From: Nitrospirota bacterium
GTDB lineage: Bacteria > Nitrospirota > UBA9217
NCBI GenBank assembly: GCA_963790205.1
Contig: CAWBNQ010000005.1
Coordinates: forward strand, 448,001-512,000
Reading direction: 5' to 3'
Length of the DNA stretch: 64,000 nt
Made by a program: the position numbers and the translations under genes. Under the pieces are notes generated by a model that saw nothing but the letters and a program-made list of their open reading frames with translations, had not been told where the DNA came from and did not search any database. Position 1 is the first letter of the stretch. Every line of letters begins with the position of its first letter. Of this stretch, positions 39,626 through 48,436 are shown in pieces.

Positions 39626-39965
39626 ATGGTCAAGAGCGGACCCGCAAAAAAACTTACCATCTATGTGGACGAGGCGGACAAGTTCCACGGCAAGCCGGTC
39701 TATGAAGTGCTTCTGGACATCTTCTTTAAAAGGAAGATCGCCGGCGCGAGCGTGTTTCGCGGCATCGAGGGCTACGGGAGCGACGGCGTCTTTCACTACG
39801 GCGAAGATCCTCGAGCTGTCCACGACCCTGCCGGTCAAGATCGAAGTGGTGGACTCTGAAGAGATGATCAACGACGTTCTGGATGACGTCGTCTCGATCG
39901 TTGAACAAGGGCTCATCGAAGTGAGCGATACAAACGTCGTCAAGTGCTGTGTGAGGAAGAAGTAA
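39626..39965 (+). CDS. DUF190-family (PII-like) protein, frameshifted at about 39797
   Basis: The 5' frame KLTIYVDEADK...GASVFRGIEGYG continues in the +1 frame as TAKILELSTTLPVKIEVVD; usual crcB neighbour. Confidence 0.85.
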
Positions 39966-39990
39966 GACCTCGCCTTGTTCCTTTTGCTGC

Positions 39991-40608
39991 ATGACGGATA
40001 CTATGACTATTCAGTCTCTGGATGCGCAACTCCTGCTCTTCGTCAATCACAACATCGCTAATCCCATTTTCGACGTCCTGATGCCCGCGCTCACCCTACG
40101 CGGGTATCTCCTCGTCATCCCTTTTCTCCTTGCCATGTTCCTGCGCGGCGCGAAGCAAAAGAACGACCGGGGCAAAACATATCTTGCCGCGGCAATCTGG
40201 ACATTCTTGATCGCCTGCTGTGCCGTGTATCTGGCGGGATTCGTGGAGGACTGGATGAAAGACGCGGTAGCGCGCGTGAGGCCGTGTCGCGCGCTGGAAG
40301 GAATCAGGCTCATCCTCCCCTGCCCGAAATCATTTTCCATGCCTTCGGGCCATGCGATCAGCTCGTTCGCATTCGCCGTGCCGATCTTTTATCTGACCCG
40401 GCAATATATTGCCCGAGCCTGGCGACTGTATCCGCTGGTTCTTGCGTCGATGGTTGCTTTTTCAAGGATCTATCTGGGGGTCCACTATCCTACGGACGTG
40501 CTTGTCGGTGCGGCTCTGGGGGGAGGGATCGGTCTCTGCCTGTCCGTTCTCTACCAGGTGATCGCTACAGAAGAGTTCATGAACGAAAGAAAATCAATAG
40601 ATAATTGA
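39991..40608 (+). CDS. PAP2-family phosphatase
   Basis: KDAVARVRP, SMPSGHA and SRIYLGVHYPTD. Confidence 0.92.
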   Translation: MTDTMTIQSLDAQLLLFVNHNIANPIFDVLMPALTLRGYLLVIPFLLAMFLRGAKQKNDRGKTYLAAAIWTFLIACCAVYLAGFVEDWMKDAVARVRPCRALEGIRLILPCPKSFSMPSGHAISSFAFAVPIFYLTRQYIARAWRLYPLVLASMVAFSRIYLGVHYPTDVLVGAALGGGIGLCLSVLYQVIATEEFMNERKSIDN

Positions 40609-40639
40609 ATCCCTTCCTCACTTCTGGTCCCTGCTGCAC

Positions 40640-40670
40640 CCATTCCGCAATCCGAATTCCGAATTCGAAA
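40640..40670. repeat. Heptamer repeat (TCCGMAA/T family)
   Basis: tccgcaa tccgaat tccgaat tcgaaa, directly downstream of pcm. Confidence 0.6.
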
Positions 40671-41315
40671 CTATTCCTTCCACCCGTGGTTGCCGATGAG
40701 AGGGACGAATACACAGGGGATGCTTTTCTGTGTTACGGTTCCTTCCGCGGTCTTGACCAGCTTCAGGAGTGACTGCCCGAACCGCTCTCCAACGGGGATC
40801 ACCATCCTGCCGCCTTCTTTCAACTGCTCCACGAGCATCGCCGGTATCTCGGGCGCACCGGCAGTGACCATGATGGCGTCAAAAGGCGCCATTTCCTTCC
40901 ATCCGTAGGTGCCGTCGTAAACCTTGATCGCCACGTTCTGGTATCCCAACCGGTCAAGCGTGGCCCTGGCCTTTTCCGCGATGGTTTTGATGCGTTCCAC
41001 GGTATAAACCTTGCTGCACAGCTCGGCGAGGACAGCCGCCTGGTAGCCCGACCCTGTGCCGATCTCGAGCACACGCTCAGTACCGGTGAGGCCGAGGAGT
41101 TCGCTCATAATCGCCACCATATAAGGCTGGGACATGGTCTGGCCCTCGCCGATGGGAAGGGCGTTATCGGCATAGGCCATACCGCGGATGGCCTCGGGCA
41201 GGAACTCATGGCGCGGTACTCGACGCATGGCGGCGAGAACGCGTTCGTCTTTGATGCCGCGGCCGACGATCTGATCGTCCACCATGCGGCGGCGCTCCTT
41301 CTCCTCGTTCGTCAC
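40671..41315 (-). CDS. pcm: Protein-L-isoaspartate O-methyltransferase
   Basis: VPRHEF, GQTMSQPY, VLEIGTGSGYQAA and FVPLIG. Confidence 0.96.
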   Translation of the reverse strand: MTNEEKERRRMVDDQIVGRGIKDERVLAAMRRVPRHEFLPEAIRGMAYADNALPIGEGQTMSQPYMVAIMSELLGLTGTERVLEIGTGSGYQAAVLAELCSKVYTVERIKTIAEKARATLDRLGYQNVAIKVYDGTYGWKEMAPFDAIMVTAGAPEIPAMLVEQLKEGGRMVIPVGERFGQSLLKLVKTAEGTVTQKSIPCVFVPLIGNHGWKE

Positions 41316-42082
41316 TCCCCGCGTACCGTCGATAGCACGTAGGACATATTTTCAAGCGGTTTCAGTCTGTCGAAGGATGAATAATCGGTAAAATCGAGAT
41401 GGAGGGGCGTGACGGAGATCATCTTGCGGTCAACGGCATCGAGGTCCGTCCCCTCTTCCCGCTCCCAGTCCGGTTCTCCCCCGCCGATCCAGTAGTATTT
41501 CTTGCCGCGCGGGTCGACGCGCTCCACCGTCATCTGATGGTAAATGCGTTTGCCCAGTCGGGTGATGCGCGTTCCCTGGATCTCTGAGAGCGGAACATTC
41601 GGGACATTGACATTCAGGAGCGTACCTGCAGGTATTCCTAGTTCGAAGATCTGAACGGCCGTACGGAAGGCCACTTCGGCAGCTTCGGCAAATTTGAAAT
41701 TCTCACGCGCCGCGAGCGAAACAGCGAAGGACGAAATGCCGAGCAATATGCCCTCGATGGCGCCGGCAACAGTCCCTGAATAGGTTACGTCGTCCCCCAG
41801 GTTCGGCCCCTTGTTGATGCCCGAAACCACGAGTTTCGGCACCTCTTTGAGCAGCCCCTTCACCGCGATGTTCACGCAGTCCGTGGGCGTACCGTTGACA
41901 CTGTATACGGATTCTTTTATTTCCTCGATGAGGAGCGGCCGGTGCAGGGTCATGGAATGGCCTGCCGCGCTCCGCTCGCGGTCAGGGGCCACAATCACGA
42001 CCTCATCGAGTTCGCGAAGCCGCCTGGCTAGTATTTGAATACCGGGGGAATAGACCCCGTCGTCATTGGTTACGAGAATCAT
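41312..42082 (-). CDS. surE: 5'/3'-nucleotidase SurE
   Basis: MILVTNDDG, GTPTDCV, SGINKGPNLG and YSGTV; start ATG 42082. Confidence 0.96.
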   Translation of the reverse strand: MILVTNDDGVYSPGIQILARRLRELDEVVIVAPDRERSAAGHSMTLHRPLLIEEIKESVYSVNGTPTDCVNIAVKGLLKEVPKLVVSGINKGPNLGDDVTYSGTVAGAIEGILLGISSFAVSLAARENFKFAEAAEVAFRTAVQIFELGIPAGTLLNVNVPNVPLSEIQGTRITRLGKRIYHQMTVERVDPRGKKYYWIGGGEPDWEREEGTDLDAVDRKMISVTPLHLDFTDYSSFDRLKPLENMSYVLSTVRGE

Positions 42083-42129
42083 ACAGAATATACCGTTCAA
42101 ACCCTAAAAAATACCGTCACGGGCGGTCT

Positions 42130-42981
42130 CTACTTTTTCTTTTTCAGCTCGGTACCGATTGCCTGATCAAGTTCCTGAAGACTACGAAGTTGAACAAGTT
42201 TCCCATTCACGAACACCGTGGGTGTACCGGGAACCCCTGCCTGGCTGCCTTCATTCATGTCTCTGTAGATGATGCTTTGCAGTGCCGGATCGTTCATGTC
42301 GCGGTTGAACGTCTCCATGTTCAGTTTTAGTTCCCGTGCGATTTCCTGGATTTTTTCGTCGCTGAGACTGTTCTGCTCCTCGAATAGTTTATGATGAAAC
42401 TCGCGGAATTTCCCCTGTCGGGCTGCCGCCAAGGCGGCCGTTGCGGCCTTGCGGGCATACGGATGCATGGGGAGCGGGAAATTCTTGAACACCAGCTTTA
42501 CATCCTTTTTGTATTTTTCCAGCAACTGCTGGAGGGGCGGCTCAAGCCGCGCACAGTATGGTCATTGGTAATCGCTGAATACCACAAGCGTGACCGGCGC
42601 GTTCTTCGGGCCTTCGAACGGCAATCCTTCCAAAGAAAAATGCTGGACAGTTTCCAATTGAATGATCTTCAGGGTCTTTTCCGCGCTGCTTGATACAAGC
42701 AGTGTGTTGTCCGGCGCGGAATAGGTCAGCCGGTCGAAGGTCTTATCAACAGGGATCCGGCTCATCACCTTGTCATCAGCGATGGAATAGACGAGGATTT
42801 CTCCGGACGTGAGAACGTATATCCATTTGCCGTCTGCCGATGGCGCAACATCAGTCGGCGCTGCTTCAAGCTTCAGCTGTTTTTTGACGGTCCACTCTAT
42901 TTCGGCAAAAACAGAGTGCGGTGTAAAAAACGTGATTGAAAACAGAGCCAAAAGTATCCCTGCAAGCGTTCCTCTTCTCAT
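42130..42981 (-). CDS. Secreted DsbA/thioredoxin-fold selenoprotein (283 aa, Sec at UGA 42564-42562)
   Basis: ORFs 42562-42981 and 42130-42525 are in frame; readthrough gives VVFSDYQ-U-PYCARLEP...VFKNFPLPMH...GVPGTPTVFVNG; hairpins follow the UGA. Confidence 0.88.
42518..42550 (-). promoter_or_regulatory. Candidate bacterial SECIS
   Basis: GCGGC-UUGA-GCCGC at +12 to +25 and UCCAGC-AGUU-GCUGGA at +29 to +44 after the UGA. Confidence 0.55.
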
Positions 42982-43026
42982 GAGACGTGTCTCCTTATCA
43001 TGAAGTTATTCTTTTCTGGATATTCC

Positions 43027-43057
43027 AAAAAAAAGGCCCGGAGGGTGTCCGGGCCTT
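43027..43057 (-). terminator. Intrinsic terminator after tRNA-Pro
   Basis: AAGGCCCGGA-CACCC-TCCGGGCCTTTTTTTT. Confidence 0.85.
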
Positions 43058-43065
43058 GTGAAAAA

Positions 43066-43142
43066 TGGTCGGGGCGAGCCGATTTGAACGGCCGACCACT
43101 CGCACCCCAAGCGAGTACGCTACCAGACTGCGCCACGCCCCG
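43066..43142 (-). tRNA. tRNA-Pro(GGG)
   Basis: CGGGGCGTGGCGCAGTCTGGTAGCGTACTCGCTT-GGG-GTGCGAGTGGTCGGCCGTTCAAATCGGCTCGCCCCGACCA. Confidence 0.97.
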
Positions 43143-43241
43143 ATGTGTAACTATAGAATGATGAGAATACATTGAAGATGGGATGTTGAGATAAAAACAA
43201 TCCGCATCCTTTTCATCTTCCTCTATTCCCGGCTTCGTACG

Positions 43242-43568
43242 CTACTTCAGTATCTCCAGTATTTCCCTCAGCTCCTTCTTGGCCGACTCTATGACGGCCT
43301 CGACATCCTCTTCACCCTTTCCGTTCAGTTTCTTTCGTGCCCCGGAGATCGTATATCCTTCTTTATAAAGCAGACTTTTTATCCGGAGGATATGGTCTAA
43401 GTCTTTTTTTTTGTAAAGGCGCTGCCCTGACCTGCCCTTGTCCGGCCTGAGCTGCGGGAATTCGGTTTCCCAATAGCGGAGCACATAAGGCTCCAACTCC
43501 GTAAGCCGGCTTATTTCACCGATCCGATAAAAAAGCTTACTCAGTGGCTGTGGGGGTTTCAATGACAT
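43242..43568 (-). CDS. MerR-family regulator (ihfA-associated)
   Basis: KLFYRIGEIS, YVLRYWETEFPQL and GYTISGA. Confidence 0.92.
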   Translation of the reverse strand: MSLKPPQPLSKLFYRIGEISRLTELEPYVLRYWETEFPQLRPDKGRSGQRLYKKKDLDHILRIKSLLYKEGYTISGARKKLNGKGEEDVEAVIESAKKELREILEILK

Positions 43569-43830
43569 GTTCTTTGAAAATCATGCTCGGTCTGAAACTG
43601 ACAACTTTCCTCGGGGTGATCTCTATCTCCTGGCCCGTCTTGGGATTGCGGCCTTTTCTCGAGTTTTTCTTCCTGACCACGAAGTTTCCGAAACCGGAAA
43701 GTTTGACGGTTTCACCCTGTCTCAGTGTCTCTTTGATTAAATCCAGAATCATCTCTACCAGCTCTTCTGCATCCTGCTTCGGAAGGCCAACCTTGTCGAA
43801 AACTTCCGAGATGATATCTGCTTTAGTCAT
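43537..43830 (-). CDS. ihfA: Integration host factor subunit alpha
   Basis: MTKADI, VKLSGFGNF and GRNPKTG; ihfA-merR-tRNA-Pro synteny. Confidence 0.92.
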   Translation of the reverse strand: MTKADIISEVFDKVGLPKQDAEELVEMILDLIKETLRQGETVKLSGFGNFVVRKKNSRKGRNPKTGQEIEITPRKVVSFRPSMIFKEHVIETPTATE

Positions 43831-43852
43831 AGACACCTCCTCTACGTTGCAT

Positions 43853-43882
43853 ACTATAGAGCATAAGCACTTCCCATGTCAA
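43853..43882 (-). promoter_or_regulatory. Sigma70 promoter of ihfA
   Basis: TTGACA-N18-TATAGT. Confidence 0.65.
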
Positions 43883-43936
43883 GGCAAATTTCTTCTATGC
43901 CCCTGAAATCACGATGATATATATTATCGAGAACCA

Positions 43937-43950
43937 TTGATGATAATCAA
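43937..43950. promoter_or_regulatory. FNR-type box
   Basis: TTGAT-GATA-ATCAA, an exact TTGAT-N4-ATCAA match. Confidence 0.55.
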
Positions 43951-43959
43951 AGGACATAT

Positions 43960-43988
43960 TTGACAATAACCCGTTTTACGGTTACCAT
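43960..43988 (+). promoter_or_regulatory. Sigma70 promoter of the transglutaminase-ABC operon
   Basis: TTGACA-N17-TACCAT. Confidence 0.6.
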
Positions 43989-44052
43989 TACGAAAGAATT
44001 TTGCATGACCATACGACTAGTGGCCCGGAGAAAAGTTCCTCCTGTGCCGGTT

Positions 44053-45504
44053 ATGATACAAAAACTGATCAAACTGACAATCCTTATCTGCTGGCTCGTG
44101 ATGCTCGGTCTGCTTGTCGAGCGCACGTACCTCCGGCCCTCAACGGTTATTGCGCTCGACGTGATTACCGAGGAAGGCGTGCGCACCGGGGACGAATGGG
44201 CCGGGATCTACCAGCAAGGCCGGAAGATCGGATACGCGCATAGCAGCGTGATGCGCGAAGCGGACACCTACCACCTTCTGGAAGAGTCCGAACTCGACCT
44301 TCTCGTCCTGGGCTCGGTGCAGCATGTCAAGACGGTCACCAACAGCTATACGACTAAAAACTTTCTGTTGAAGTACTTCAACTTCAGCATGCAGTCCGCG
44401 ACGAGTTCCATGGAGATCAAGGGTGCGGTGATCGGCAACAAGCTCGTCCTGGATATCCTTACCGCGGGGCAGACGCGAAAGGAGCGCATACCGCTGAAGG
44501 AGCCTCCTTATCTTGCGCCGAACATCAAGCCCGCCCTCGTCCTGCTCGGTCTGGAGCCGGGCAGGAAATACCGTTTCCCCCTGTTCAATCCCGCTACGAT
44601 GAGCACGGAAGATGCCACCGTATCCGTGGAGGCAAAGGAACACATCAAGGTCGGCGATTCGGAACAAACCGTCTATAAATTGAAGGAAACTTTTCAGGGC
44701 CTGGAGGCCTTTTCCTGGATCACGGAAGACGGGGACACGATCAAGGAAGAAAGTCCCCTCGGTTACGTGCTTTTGAAGGAGACCATGGTTGAGGCCATGA
44801 AGCGCGATAAGCGGGGCCCCGCCGTGGACATCATTTCTCTCGTAATGATCCCATCAAACCACATCGACAACTCCGCCCAGACACGATACCTCAAAGCGAA
44901 GCTCACGGGCGCGCCGATGCAGACATTCGATCTTGACGGGGATCGACAGGCTTATAAGGGGAACATCGTCGAAGTTCGCGTTCATGAGGAGACGGCCTCA
45001 TACCGTCTGCCCTATGCAGGAAAAGACCGGGATGAATCGCTCCAGCCCACGGCGCTCATCCAAAGCGATGACAAGCGGATAAAAGATCAAGCGATCAAGA
45101 TACTTTCAGGAGAAAAAGATGCGCGAGAGGCGGCGAGGAAGTTGAATGAATGGGTGTACAATGCACTCGAAAAAAAGCCTGTTGTGAGCATCCCGAGCGC
45201 CCTAGAGGTCCTGAACCAGCGCGTGGGTGATTGCAACGAGCACACCACGCTCTATACGGCGCTTGCGCGCGCTGCCGGCCTGCCGACGCGCATGGCCGCG
45301 GGCATCGTGTACCTGCGGAACGGGTTTTATTACCACGCCTGGCCCGAGGTCTGGCTGGGTCAGTGGACTGCGGTCGACCCCACGTTCAATCAATTCCCCG
45401 CCGATGCCACGCACATCCGGTTGGTCACGGGGAATATCGACAGACAATCCGATATTCTGAAACTCGTCGGGAAACTGAACGTGGAGGTACTGGAGTACAG
45501 ATAA
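44053..45504 (+). CDS. Membrane-anchored transglutaminase-like protein
   Basis: N-terminal TM; Cys-His-Asp triad in GDCNEH...ARAAGLPTR, YHAWPEV and VDPT; start probably ATG 44053. Confidence 0.88.
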   Translation: MIQKLIKLTILICWLVMLGLLVERTYLRPSTVIALDVITEEGVRTGDEWAGIYQQGRKIGYAHSSVMREADTYHLLEESELDLLVLGSVQHVKTVTNSYTTKNFLLKYFNFSMQSATSSMEIKGAVIGNKLVLDILTAGQTRKERIPLKEPPYLAPNIKPALVLLGLEPGRKYRFPLFNPATMSTEDATVSVEAKEHIKVGDSEQTVYKLKETFQGLEAFSWITEDGDTIKEESPLGYVLLKETMVEAMKRDKRGPAVDIISLVMIPSNHIDNSAQTRYLKAKLTGAPMQTFDLDGDRQAYKGNIVEVRVHEETASYRLPYAGKDRDESLQPTALIQSDDKRIKDQAIKILSGEKDAREAARKLNEWVYNALEKKPVVSIPSALEVLNQRVGDCNEHTTLYTALARAAGLPTRMAAGIVYLRNGFYYHAWPEVWLGQWTAVDPTFNQFPADATHIRLVTGNIDRQSDILKLVGKLNVEVLEYR

Positions 45505-45525
45505 AGCGATAAAATGCGGAATTTC

Positions 45526-45583
45526 GTAGGGGCAACCCTTTGTGGTTGCCCTGATTCGGGCCGCCACACAGGGCCGCCCCTAC
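45526..45583. repeat. Inverted REP doublet (GTAG family)
   Basis: GTAGGGGCAACCCTTTGTGGTTGCCC followed by the reverse complement of GTAGGGGCGGCCCTGTGTGGCGGCCC. Confidence 0.75.
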
Positions 45584-45608
45584 ATGTTCATCCGTGAATA
45601 CGCACCCT

Positions 45609-46337
45609 ATGATCAAACTCAACAACCTCAAAAAGCTCTACGGCAAGCTCACAGCCGTGAACGGCATCAACCTCGAAGTGGCCCAAGGGGAGGTCTTCGG
45701 CTTTCTCGGGCCGAATGGCGCGGGTAAGACCACGACCATTAAGATGATGGCGGGCCTGCTCCAGCCCACGAGCGGCAGGGCTCTGATCGGCGGGTATGAT
45801 GTCCAGCAGGAGCCGCTCAAGGCAAAGTTCATCACCGGTTTCATTCCGGACCGGCCTTTCCTGTACGAAAAGCTTACGGCAACGGAATTCATGCACTTTG
45901 TTGCAAAGCTCTATGATATGAACGATCCGAAGACACGGATCAGCGAACTTCTTGGTCTCTTCGGATTAAGCGAATGGGCCGATGAACTGGTCGAGAACTT
46001 CTCTCACGGCATGAAACAGCGGCTTGTCATGGCCTCCTCCCTGCTCCACAAACCGCAGGTGCTTGTCGTGGACGAGCCCATGGTAGGCCTTGATCCGCGC
46101 GGCGCACGGCTCGTGAAGGACATCTTCAAGGACCTTGCGTCAAACGGCGTGACCATCTTTATGTCCACGCACACTCTTGAGATCGTAGAGCAGATGTGCA
46201 CGCGTGTTGCGATCATTCATAAAGGCGACATCATCGCCGAGGGCAGCGTCGAAGACCTCGGCCGCATGGCCCGCATGCCGAACAGCCATCTGGAGTCCAT
46301 ATTCCTCAGGCTGACGGGAGGGGATGAGGCTGTATAA
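45609..46337 (+). CDS. ABC transporter ATP-binding protein
   Basis: GPNGAGKTT, FSHGMKQ, VVDEP and STH. Confidence 0.93.
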   Translation: MIKLNNLKKLYGKLTAVNGINLEVAQGEVFGFLGPNGAGKTTTIKMMAGLLQPTSGRALIGGYDVQQEPLKAKFITGFIPDRPFLYEKLTATEFMHFVAKLYDMNDPKTRISELLGLFGLSEWADELVENFSHGMKQRLVMASSLLHKPQVLVVDEPMVGLDPRGARLVKDIFKDLASNGVTIFMSTHTLEIVEQMCTRVAIIHKGDIIAEGSVEDLGRMARMPNSHLESIFLRLTGGDEAV

Positions 46338-46412
46338 TCAAATACGAGAGCATCAGCGAAAAATATGAAGCTTCAAACAAAGACCCCTAATCATTTTTCA
46401 TAAAAAAATCCT

Positions 46413-48101
46413 ATGCTCTTGCTTCTTACCCCGCGATATGATGCAATAAAGAACCGCCTCGCCCGTCTTGCTCCCGGCGACGGCCTGAAGACGGCGGTGC
46501 TGGGCCTGCTTGGCCTCGCTTTCTGGGTCTTCCTGTTCGGCATTTCATTCAGAGTCCTCACCTATTTCAGGACCATTGAAGGGCTCGGCGATCTGCTGGC
46601 GCTCCGGCTGCTGTCGATGATACTGTTGACTTTTTTTTCCATTCTCGTCTTCAGCAATATCGTCACGTCGCTCTCGACATTCTACCTCTCAGGAGAACTC
46701 GAACTCCTGCTTTCCGCGCCGGTTACGCTAGAGAACATCTATCGGGCGAAATTTATCGAGACCATTGTAGATTCCTCATGGATGACGCTCATCTACGGCC
46801 TCCCGGTGTTCATCGCCTATGGCGCGGCGTTCAAGGCCTCGTTCGCGTACTATCTGGGGCTGATTCTCACGTTCATCCCCTTTTTGATCATCCCGGCCGG
46901 CATGGGCATCCTCGTGACCATGCTGCTCGTGAACGCCTTTCCCGCGCGCAGGGCAAAGGACATCCTCGTGCTCCTGGGCCTTCTGTTCTTCGTTGCCATG
47001 TATATCTTGTTTCGGATGCTCCAGCCCGAGAAACTCGTGGACCCCGACACGTTCCCGACGCTGGTGCAATATCTGACGGCCCTGCGCAGCCCGGTGTCTC
47101 CGCTCCTGCCAAGCTCCTGGGCAACGGAGACGCTCTCGCCCCTCCTTCGGGCCGTCAAGGGAGAGACACTGTTCTATCTCCTCATGCTCTGGAGCACCGC
47201 CGGCGCAGGTATCGTGATCGGCGAATGGGTCTGCGAAAGGATTTACTACCCGGGCTGGTCACGCTCGCAGGAAGGCAAAAAATCCCCGATCTCGCGTTCG
47301 CGCGCTGCGGACCTATTCTTCAGAGCAATCTCCCTTCCCTTTCAAGGCAAGATGCGCGCTATCGTGCTGAAGGACGTAAAGCTCTTTTTCCGCGACACGT
47401 CCCAGTGGTCCCAGCTCTTTCTTCTGTTTGCGCTTATGGTCGTTTATATCTACAGCTTCAAGCTCCTGCCTTTGGAACGCGCCGCCATGCCGAGCTTTTA
47501 TCTCCAGAACCTCATCGCCTTTTTGAACCTCGGCATGGTCGGGTTCGTAACAACGGCCGTTGCCGTCCGGTTCGTGTTCCCTGCCGTAAGCCTCGAGGGA
47601 GCATCGTTCTGGATCATCCGGTCCGCACCGCTTTCGATTCGTGATTTCCTCTGGGCAAAGTTCTGGAGCAGCCTGCTCCCGCTCCTCGTGCTCGCTGAAG
47701 CGCTTATCGTGCTCTCGAACACCCTCCTCAAGGTAACGCCTTTCATGATGGGACTCGGGATCGTCACGGTCTTCATGATGACCTTCGGCATTACCTCGCT
47801 CGGCGTGGGCCTTGGCGCCATCTTTCCCAAGTTCAAGCACGAGAACGTGGCCCAGATCCCGACGGGCTTCGGAGGCATTGTCTACATGCTCATGACCATG
47901 CTCTTTATCGGCGTTGTGATCATTCTGGAGGCCTGGCCCGCATACCGCATCTTCACGGCCCAGACCTTCGGAGGACACATCTCTTCATCCGGATGGATTT
48001 TGATAGCGGTCTCTTTCCTCCTGGTGACGGCCGTCAATGTTCTGGCGCTGTTTTTACCGATGAATATAGGCCTGAAACGTCTTAAACAGCGGGAAATATA
48101 G
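46413..48101 (+). CDS. Putative ABC transporter permease
   Basis: 562 aa, about 12 hydrophobic segments, KDVKLFFRD and SLEGASFWIIRSAP. Confidence 0.82.
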   Translation: MLLLLTPRYDAIKNRLARLAPGDGLKTAVLGLLGLAFWVFLFGISFRVLTYFRTIEGLGDLLALRLLSMILLTFFSILVFSNIVTSLSTFYLSGELELLLSAPVTLENIYRAKFIETIVDSSWMTLIYGLPVFIAYGAAFKASFAYYLGLILTFIPFLIIPAGMGILVTMLLVNAFPARRAKDILVLLGLLFFVAMYILFRMLQPEKLVDPDTFPTLVQYLTALRSPVSPLLPSSWATETLSPLLRAVKGETLFYLLMLWSTAGAGIVIGEWVCERIYYPGWSRSQEGKKSPISRSRAADLFFRAISLPFQGKMRAIVLKDVKLFFRDTSQWSQLFLLFALMVVYIYSFKLLPLERAAMPSFYLQNLIAFLNLGMVGFVTTAVAVRFVFPAVSLEGASFWIIRSAPLSIRDFLWAKFWSSLLPLLVLAEALIVLSNTLLKVTPFMMGLGIVTVFMMTFGITSLGVGLGAIFPKFKHENVAQIPTGFGGIVYMLMTMLFIGVVIILEAWPAYRIFTAQTFGGHISSSGWILIAVSFLLVTAVNVLALFLPMNIGLKRLKQREI

Positions 48102-48104
48102 CCA

Positions 48105-48223
48105 TTGAGATCCCTGCGGCAAATGAAGGTTCGTATAGGCATCTGCATGGGTTGAAATGATGATCGTATTCGCCCTCATTCCCCGCAGTTTGCTGCGGGG
48201 AATGCACTCACTCCAGAATTCAA
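48105..48223 (+). mobile_element. TTGA...TTCAA palindromic mini-element (IS200/IS605-like non-autonomous candidate)
   Basis: CCCTGCGGCAAATGAAGGTTCGTATAGGCATC; hairpin CATTCCCCGCAG-TTTG-CTGCGGGGAATG; ends ACTCCAGAATTCAA. Confidence 0.7.
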
Positions 48224-48226
48224 AGA

Positions 48227-48241
48227 CCACAATATATTGTA
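48227..48241. promoter_or_regulatory. NrdR-box-like palindrome upstream of smc
   Basis: CCACAATATATTGTA matches acaCwAtATaTwGtg at 13/15. Confidence 0.5.
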
Positions 48242-48281
48242 TACGCTATTAAAATAAATACCTTACCTTGTTATTTTTCAC

Positions 48282-48310
48282 TTTACAAACCCCCTTTCTT
48301 ATGCTATAAC
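48282..48310 (+). promoter_or_regulatory. Sigma70 promoter of smc
   Basis: TTTACA-N17-TATAAC with extended TG. Confidence 0.6.
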
Positions 48311-48436
48311 CCTGCCAGCATTCTCCAGACCGGGTTTCGAGGCCTCAATCTGCGCAACGTCGTCTTTCCATTGTTCATCATTGCATCTGTTGGCTTGCGA
48401 ATTTGAACTCTTGTTTTCCTAATAGTAAGGAGGCCT

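Noticed and set aside
42978..43172. 64-aa ORF
   Set aside because: Overlaps tRNA-Pro and its terminator
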